NCBI GenBank assembly: GCA_040954595.2
Contig: CM082597.2
Span: 434,001-498,000 of the forward strand
DNA: 64,000 bases
Direction of reading: 5' to 3'
Source: Balanoglossus misakiensis
Taxonomy: Eukaryota > Animalia > Hemichordata
The notes under the pieces are model-generated. The model worked only from the letters and a program-made list of their open reading frames with translations. It was not told the DNA's origin and searched no databases. Below, one piece after another: positions 55,390 to 64,000 of this stretch (its first letter is position 1; every line of letters begins with the position of its first letter). The position numbers and the translations under genes were made by a program.

Positions 55390-58300
55390 TTAAAGGGACA
55401 AAGACATTCACTTTTTACGTAATTTAGGTTATTTTTAGCTTTTCTTGCTATATTCCCTGAGACATCTTTGCATAGACAGATAGGTGTATATGTTCAGAGA
55501 GTGACTCCACAGGAGAATGACAAAAAGGTTTACCAGGTCACAATCAGTCAATGATGATAGACATCGTGCACACGTGAACCAAACTGATGCCTGAAACCTG
55601 AAATCCTAAACTTTTGTCCACCATATTGGGGCTGTCACAAAACACAAAGAAATTCTCACACAGGAAAAGCCTGGCAATTTCAGGTTTTCACTATTGAATT
55701 TTCCAGTATTCTCGATACAACTGTTAATTTATGCAAACATTTAATAGCTGTGTGATTTGCTGAAGGTGCCAGACATATAGGTTTGGTCTACCCAACATGC
55801 TTGAAACTACATCGAACTTAGTCACTGGTTTCAATTACACAAAAAGATTCCAGCTGTCAAATCAAGACACACACAATGCCCCATTCTCAGGTTTTCATCC
55901 AACAGACACTGTTCTTGCAGTGAATTCATTGCACAGTGACTCACACGCCAATAAGTACTTCACACACACAGCTAGGAACCACAGCGTCCACAGTGAGATA
56001 TTGAGGAAATTTCCCATTGTGACAAATTTTGATATGTTGCTATCATTTGCGATGTCAGCTAAGAGTTATTTATCGAAACAGACTTCAATTATTAATGAAA
56101 ACCAATTTAATTGCGTGAAACTGGTATCGAATTAATAGCGGGGCTAGTTAATCGAGAAAATAAGCCCAAATCCCCTTCACATCCTTAGTGCGGATATGGT
56201 CTTTTTCCTTTATGACTTGTCATTTTTCATCGAGAGCTATCATTGTTAGAGGTTTTCAATGAACATCCGACCAAACCATTTGTCTTGAAGTGGATGCCTC
56301 TCATTCCACTAATTTTGCGTCTATCAAGAAATAATTTACGCTTTATATTTACGTTATTTGAAAGCTCAAAGACCCCAAATTTTCGGGCCCCTTAGACAAC
56401 TTGGCAATCACAATGGTTTCTTAGAAAATGTTCTGCAGATACCAAATTATACATGACCAGAATTTCTATTCACAAAAGAGCCAACACAGATCCAAACACG
56501 TCTAAGTCATCGTATCATGTTCAGTATTCACTGAACTGATATGATGCAATAAATATTTCATGCTAACATCTGCCACCATTGTCACTCTTCAATACACTGA
56601 GATAACATGAAAACTGACAGATTCTAACAATTCATTTCATATTGCCATTACCATGGTAATGCAAGCTTACGATCTTGGTGGATTTAAACCCATGTGACTA
56701 TAGAGAGTTTTACAACTGCATCACTCCAATTTTACAATCTAGAAAAAGAGTGAGCACACCCTACTCACAGTTGAATTAATCCTACCTGATAGCTATAAAA
56801 CTAAGATGTTTCTATGATTTCACCTTCTTTTAAGTGATCTAGTCACACATATTCTTTATTTCAGCCTAAGTTGTCCATATAAGTTACAGAGAAAACAAAA
56901 AGCGAAATAAACTATGTACTTTACACAGAGTACTCTCAAATTAACACAATTCATGTTATTTCACATCTTTTAGGCATCCTCATCTATTTTTTGTACGTCA
57001 TATTTCCATAAAGAAAATATATATCATACTCTTGCAGATACTCTCCCCATTGTTTTTTATATCACATCAGGACAGCATGTGTGTGGTTATTACGTACGCC
57101 TTTGTCTGTCCTAATAGGACAGCCGTCAAAAACAGACCGCATTTCAAAAAGTAATGGATGGGCCATCAAGCATTCAGAATTGAATTAATTTCAGATTCAC
57201 ACTGGAAAATGGAAGTGAAAATTGGCAGGAAGTGCTCTGGTGGGATAGGGCGGTCCGTCTTCACATCATGACGGTCTTTGCTGGCTGTGCTTTTGTTCCG
57301 TTTTGTAACAAAGTAGCTATTAGTGTCATCCTTCACTCTCCATATGGCTGCAAAGTGTCACATTTACTTGACACTTGCTGCATAATTTTTCCGGGAAACC
57401 ACGTCGACAGGGATATTGAAATTGAAAGTACTAGCAGTGGGGGAAGTTTTGACAGAAACCCTGGCAAATGGAAGGCACATGTGTGTTTGATAGTTTCATT
57501 TATTATAGGCTCTATACTTAGTGCACTTTAACGCTCTAAATATCCCAAGGTATGAAACAGAATCGCGCAATCTACACCGTACGCAACTCTTTTTGTTCTC
57601 AATGCTATGCGTTGCAACAAAATGATCAGATTATACACTCATCTTCCTCAGGAGATCAGGAATATAACCATCTTCTCGAAAATCAAGTTGATAAACAGAT
57701 TAAGTGCATTTTCTGTGATTTGGTTATCTGACTTCATCACACATGGGTCTGCTAAAACAGTGAATCCTCAGACAGGCTTTATTGTCATCCAATTACGCTA
57801 TGAAAAACACATTTGATTAATGGGTTCACGATTTTAGGGAGTTTAAAAGTGATGAAGTCATTGCCAACGAAAGTCTGTCTACTGTACAGAACTGTCGGAA
57901 TTGATTTACAAGATTCTCCTGCGGTAGAGACAGTAATTCCACTTCTTACAACCTTGACATTGAACACAAAGTAATCAGACAGAGTCAATAGAATATTGTT
58001 CACTTGAGCTGGTGAAAAAAAAATACTAGAGACTGCTGTTTGGTCAGATGACAGAAAGACCAACTGAGTTGTCTAGAAAGTGTCCTCCTTGTTGCCTCTG
58101 ACTCATCTCATTGTCACACTGAAGTAGTTAATTGACTGTGGAAATTTGCATATCTTGGATGTTGAGGAGCTTCTCTGTCATTTTAACAAAGGACATCATC
58201 TTTAATTTACATCAGCTAGGCTCCCTGCTTTGCTGCATCAATCTCAGTAAATTCCAAAAGCACAGTTTTCATCCAATTTGATGTCACGGGTTTGTAGATC

Positions 58301-59951
58301 GACAGAGACAAAAATCTCAGTTTCTAAAGTGCACGAGAATTGTGGATTTTACAGTAGTGTACTGACTTCATTTTGGTTGTGCATTGCAAAGACAGGTGAC
58401 AATTAATTATTCACAAAAAAGTCTAGATTCAAGCAAAGTACAGGAGTTGACACACCCCTATTGAGTCTCCGTTGCTATCCTGAGACAAAACCCTGGAATC
58501 CCAGTATAAATGGCCCTGGGCGCTACATATGAGCTGTGTGACCAAACCCCTTCTGTACTTATTAGCAGATCAATAAAATCAAAACTGGATCAATAATTTT
58601 AACCAGTGAGATAACAAAACTAGCGGTTCTTTCATTAAACATCCGTGATTGTCCAAATTGGCAATATCAAATCACAACATTGTGGTTAATCAACTGAATC
58701 ATTTTTGTCTTCAATTTAAGCATGATAATGTTTACTTTCTATGAGTTCCGACTTTGAAACATTAATCCTTTCACACCTTGTTACACATGTGTTCACCCAC
58801 ACTTATTGGAAACAGTGAGTCTGTCTGGAACAAGATTAGTGCAAAGGCAGTGACCTGAATATTGAGCTGCTATGATAACTTAACCATCTTGCCTGATATC
58901 TCAGATATCCTCAAGAAAAAATCATTCAATACTACTTTCTATTAGGCAACAAGAAATTTCACAGTTGCTATAGAAACAATATACACATCAATAAATTGTA
59001 TAAAACCACCAGAATGATAGTTTGCATCAATATTCATCATCTCTGCTATTTTCTGTATTTTTCTACAACGCTTTATTAATCGTGAAAATAAACACATAAA
59101 AATCATTGAACATTCTTGGATGATAACTTCACAGCACATGGATCCATTGCTGATCTCCTGAGGAAGATGAGAAGTTCTGAATGAATGTCATACTTCGGAA
59201 AAAAGTGCATTGAAATTGACAACAGAACAAAGGCAATCGTTTGACAAATTGTAACTGAATTACGTCCTTTACACGTTTCCTCATGAAATATGCACATCTC
59301 TGATTTACTGTACTTTGGATGGTCTCTGTCCATTCATAAAGGGAGATTCCATTACATGGCAGGGATGTTTAAACAGTATAAGAAGTAAACTTTGACAAAA
59401 AAGCTTGCTTAAGTTTATGAACAGACAGTGTATGTCTATGTACGCAGACATGGCCTTTATTAATGGACTATCAACTTTATTGTACAATATTCGAACCTGG
59501 GCCTGGACCATCAATTCTTGTAACATATCAAGCAAGCAACTCCATGCACAGAACCACTAGGTTAAATCAGAACATCACAATGGAATGACATCACATATAA
59601 AATATTATTTACTTTACACATGGACACAAAGCAGCATTTGAAAGTATTCTTTGGAGCAAACCTGCATTTTCAATTTTCTCTAATTACATTCACATCAAAA
59701 ACAGACTACCTTTCTCAGTGTGTTAATCTTTTGACAGGTCAGGCAAACTCTCACAGGAATACATGACATTTTTCAATCTCCAAAGCATCTGCCATGTACA
59801 CTACACATAGTGATAGGGCAACATGAAAGCTTTAGAAAACACTGACTACACGCATATATACAAGAGAGTTTATCTTTACTATACAATGCTTTATTATTAA
59901 TAAAATGTTTATTACATTTTGTCCACATGTAAGGTCACCTGTCTGGTATGA

Positions 59952-59969
59952 CCCCCCCCCCCCACCCCC
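59952..59969. repeat. Poly-C tract
   Basis: C12-A-C5. Confidence 0.9.
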
Positions 59970-60049
59970 AAAAATATTACAATTTTCCAAAATTTAATGT
60001 TACTGAACAGATAATCGCTAAAATAGCAAACACTGATAAAATTCTTCGC

Positions 60050-61460
60050 TGAACACTGCGTCGCACGTGCCTAAAGCAAAAGTGCGTCCTGTAGTGAAAC
60101 TGACACGTGTCCAGAAATTTCATCTTTTGTTTGAAATTGACACAATGTCATAAGTGACCGGCCGCGGCTTGTCCATTTCACATTTACGTTGAAATGGACA
60201 TGGGTAAACACTACCGTGCATTTCTACTGCAATAAAACGGGAAATTTTCTTGACAAGACATTTTCACGACGTCAAGAGAGGCAACTGTCACGTGGCGATT
60301 AACTTTCGCTTTCTCGTATTTCACTCCATCGTTCGTATCTCCGAAAAATCAACATTTTTGCGAATTTTTATTATTTTTGCGTTTTGGGCTCTCGTCTAGT
60401 TCGCGAAAACTTCCCGTTTTACAGTATTAATTCACAAAAATTTGCAAATTTCAATAATGAAATCAATGTTTTAATGTTATCAACTTTCAAAAACGGCAGG
60501 GCAGTAATTGAAATCATTTCTTCGGCATCTCATTAAAGTGATCCTAAAAAAACAAAAGTTTGTGTTCCTCCGGATAAATTTCCATATATGCGTCTCGCCT
60601 AGCCTTTTTGTGAAATACACCTAACAAGAAATCCTGAAGTTAAATTGGATAGCTGCGCCATTTAAGTTGGGAAATTACCCTTGCTTGGTAAATACGGCAG
60701 ACTTCCTAGCGGCGTCGTTGCAATTACGAGCCTCTTTTGAATTGCGGGGTTTTCGGCAGTAACTTCAAACGAATGATACTCGCGAGTAAAACGGTTTTTC
60801 TGCCAGAAAATCGCGCCTTGGGTCGCGGCAAACACACAGGGATTGAAGTACAAGGCTTTGAGAGAGGAGGTTTACATCGAAAAGGTTTTTTCTTTAATAA
60901 ATAGACGCGTAGCCGTACTTCAAAGAGAAGTGTCGAGCGACGCACACTCCGTCGTGTGAGGGCCGAGACACTCGTCGCTGAATATAACGGGGCCTCATTA
61001 GTAAAAGGTGTGAAAATGCTTAGAATATAACGGGAAACATTAGAACGTAAATATCACAAGGACTATTAAATATACGACTTATTCTCTGTGCCTAGACTCT
61101 TGTATTTTAACCAGCTGCTTTCGGAATAAAGGACAGAACGCAGGATTTCGCGAAAACCGAGATTGTTTTGATTTCGCTCCCCGAGTGTGAATGTGATTCA
61201 CACCTCCGTCGAACGATAAATATTAGCTAGAGCCGGGACTTACCTTTTAAAAAATCAGTCGACCGAGGCAAATTCCACTTTCTTCTAAAACTCTTATCCC
61301 TGCAACAATTAATTTTACTGCATACAACTATAAATGTCGCAAATTTCTGTCACAATATCAAAAGTCCATCCCTTCTCATATATCTCACGTGTAGCAATGT
61401 ATATGCCGGAAGTCACTTGGGTCATATCATTATTAGAGGAGGGGCGTCCATCTGTCCCGT
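60050..61460 (-). promoter_or_regulatory. CpG-rich promoter region
   Basis: Clear rise in CpG over the depleted background. ETS CCGGAAGT at 61406-61413, E-box CACGTG at 61386-61391, GC-box-like GGAGGGGCG at 61438-61446, and TCGCGA palindromes at 60401, 60780 and 61148. Confidence 0.65.
61244..61385 (-). other. Putative non-coding first exon; TSS position approximate
   Basis: Consensus donor AAG|GTAAGT (GT at 61243-61242) about 150 nt downstream of the promoter motif cluster, with CpG-rich sequence continuing into the intron. Confidence 0.55.
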
Positions 61461-63711
61461 TAAATGCTAATTTTGATGGATTTTAAACATTCTTGACTGT
61501 AAAAACTCAACTCTATTTCACAGATACAGTTCTGTGGAAAATTTAATAGATATGTATGAATTACTGTAGAACACTCCATCTCAAGAAAGCAGCTCACTTC
61601 TCCTAGCAGGCAGTAAACAAATATCAATGTCAAATTTTCTAAAAGATGTAGTTTCGATTCTTCTCAAACCGTACAGTAAGAACTGAGATGTAAATAATTG
61701 CATGGAAAGTAAACGTCATATATAGGCCATATGCTAAGAGAAATAAAATGTGCGATGTTTATTTTTATAAGTCTCGTAGCTCAGTCGGCAAATTTATAGA
61801 TTTATACTTAATAGTTTTTCGCATCCATAGCTGAAGGCTCGGCCTTGTTAATGGGCGGATGCCACAAGGAAGACACGCGACTCGGTCGATTACGCTGTTT
61901 TCCGGATAAGAAGGCATATTAATAATTAATTGTGCGGCAAAAAGTTGCTTTGTTTAATAATATATGAATATATAATGGTAAGATATGGTTGTAAGACTGG
62001 AAACTTGTGAGAACGCGTAAACTGTAATGACACTATGTATAAGCTTACCAAACTTTTGAAATTTGATGATTTTTTTTACCTAAAAATTGATCTTGATATA
62101 TAAAGCGTTTCTAGGATTTTCTACATTGGTTTTAATACTAGCGATTAGGATTTACACACAACATTTTTTTATTGAAGAGAATGAAGGTTTGTTGCCCTTA
62201 GCGCGTATCCTTCGCTGGTTTCACATTTCGATCAAAAATGAACGAGACAATGCAATATTTTTCAGCTTCAAGTCAACTGGGACAGGCATTGGTTTGAATA
62301 ACAATCTATATTTCATTGCTAGTAACAAAATCCCAAATGAGATGATGTATAATCCACGACAAACATGTTATTCCTAGGAAAAAGAAAAAGTTATCGCACA
62401 AATGTTGACGATTGCAAGTATACATCGAAGACCAAAGTCACTGACTGGAAGAATCTTCTGAACTTGTATATCGGTTCACATGTGTGAAGCTATCTCAAGT
62501 TCTAGGATTTGTCGGCTCCTTCATAAAATGGAAAAAGGATTAGAGACTGTTTGAGTGAAGACTGAACGGATGTGTTGAACGACGCCAAACGGGATCTGCA
62601 TCGTCTCAACTGAGAAACAAGTTCCTGTAGCCCCAGGAAACCAGTTTCAATCTACTGAATTGCCCAAACCAATGATGTAAAGTGCTTCTTCCACGCTACT
62701 CCTATCTTTAATACCAACCACCGCTCTCTTTAAAAATTCATATTTTTCATCAAGAATTGGTCTCCATGCCAACAGCGTAAGTGGTTCGTTTAGATGATGC
62801 GACCCAGGCGACCATTCGTATTTTATGCGATAGCCTTATGGTGAATTATTAGTTACACCCAAGGAGGGGTTGCCAAGAGATACTTGTAACTTGGGGGAGT
62901 TTTGCAATAAGTAGAAAATGTTGCAATCCTCTTTCTACTTAGAACCTCTTCTCGCTCAACACCAAAACTTCCCAGCCATGTCGGTAAAAAGCGCTGTCTA
63001 AGGCCGTCTACAGGTCACAGACCGCCGCCTTGGCAAAAGGGCCGACTCGAACCCCATTCGTGAACTTTACAGAGATAGGCCTACCAGTATTTCATAATTT
63101 CATTTTTACAGGTTTGAGTAAAATTGCAGAGTTACAACCATTTGACCTAGCTTGCAAATGAGTCCCTGGCGCCATAGTTATCAGATGTGTAAATCTATAC
63201 AGATACGGTGGAAAATTAAGAAATTCGCATCAAGCAAAGATATTAATAATTTGTTAGATACTTATAATTAAATTTGACATGCTAAGAAAGAGTGATGCTG
63301 TGCGGTTTTCGCTGGTTAGCCGAAAGTTAGAAGTATTCATTGGTAAAACTTTGCATCCTGTGTAAAAAACGAAGTTCAAACTACATATGTATTTTGCACT
63401 TTTCATTTAACAGCTAACTAATAATACGCATGATATTTGATGTCAAGGGTTCGACTTATAGTCAACGATCTCAAAATCACTGATTTAGGATCACTTTCCT
63501 GTCCACCGGTTTCGGGGGAATTATTCTAAATATGTCTGGAGTCTGAAACTGTGGCACCAAATCAGCGCCAATCCAGATATCATATCACGGGGAAAGCCGT
63601 CACGTTGTTTTCCAGTGAATGAATAAACTGAATGAAACAAATCGGGAGATATAATTCAGCGACAATAGGATGAGTACAGTGGCGCCATGGCTGACAATCC
63701 ATGGTGGTGCA

Positions 63712-63730
63712 CAGCGCCCTCTAGCGGCCA
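63712..63730 (-). promoter_or_regulatory. CTCF-like binding motif
   Basis: Reverse complement TGGCCGCTAGAGGGCGCTG versus the CTCF consensus TGGCCACCAGGGGGCGCTA. Confidence 0.55.
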
Positions 63731-64000
63731 TGTTGTAAATTCCTAACACTGTGATAAAGTCCACATACGCACCACTTTTGCGTTAATCAATGACACGAAA
63801 ACCCATTTCCAGTTTCTGAAAATTTTACTGCTATATTTTAAAAGTGTTTTAAAATATCTTTTCATACTTGACGCTTTGGAATCCCTAAGTTTGTACTGTA
63901 TATTTGATTTCATACAGTGTTTGCAGTGATTTGAACAGGATAGGTAGAATAAATTTGATCAATGATGCATGAATGCGGTGGAGTTGATAATAACATCTTT

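Noticed and set aside
60170-60200. 11-bp inverted repeat tgtccatttca/tgaaatggaca
   Set aside because: Short and isolated, so no function can be supported.
61771-63060. tRNA-like A-box (gtagctcagtcgg) and B-box-like (ggttcgagtc, minus strand) motifs
   Set aside because: They lie on opposite strands ~1.3 kb apart and no cloverleaf can be built.

Overview
AT-rich, CpG-depleted animal genomic DNA that is almost entirely non-coding. The repeat content looks like an invertebrate deuterostome, but that is inference only. I found no recognisable complete gene, RNA gene or CRISPR array, and most entries in the ORF track are chance ORFs or microsatellite read-throughs. The best reading is that the window holds the 5' end of a large minus-strand gene. 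That model has a CpG-rich promoter and non-coding first exon near 61.2-61.45 kb, a 203-nt non-coding exon at 38136-38338, and candidate alternative first exons further left; the gene cannot be identified. The most secure features are mobile elements: a recent 5'-truncated L1/Tx1-like insertion (13-bp TSD, poly(A), intact ORF2 tail), three 85-bp TTAA-flanked piggyBac-type MITEs, a pogo/Tigger-type MITE and a Helentron/DINE-like element. Also present are a possible CR1/L2 fossil, tandem repeats, an 80-nt hairpin and a near-consensus CTCF motif. I cannot demonstrate a new biological system; the strongest leads are the same-phase alternative first exons and the hairpin.
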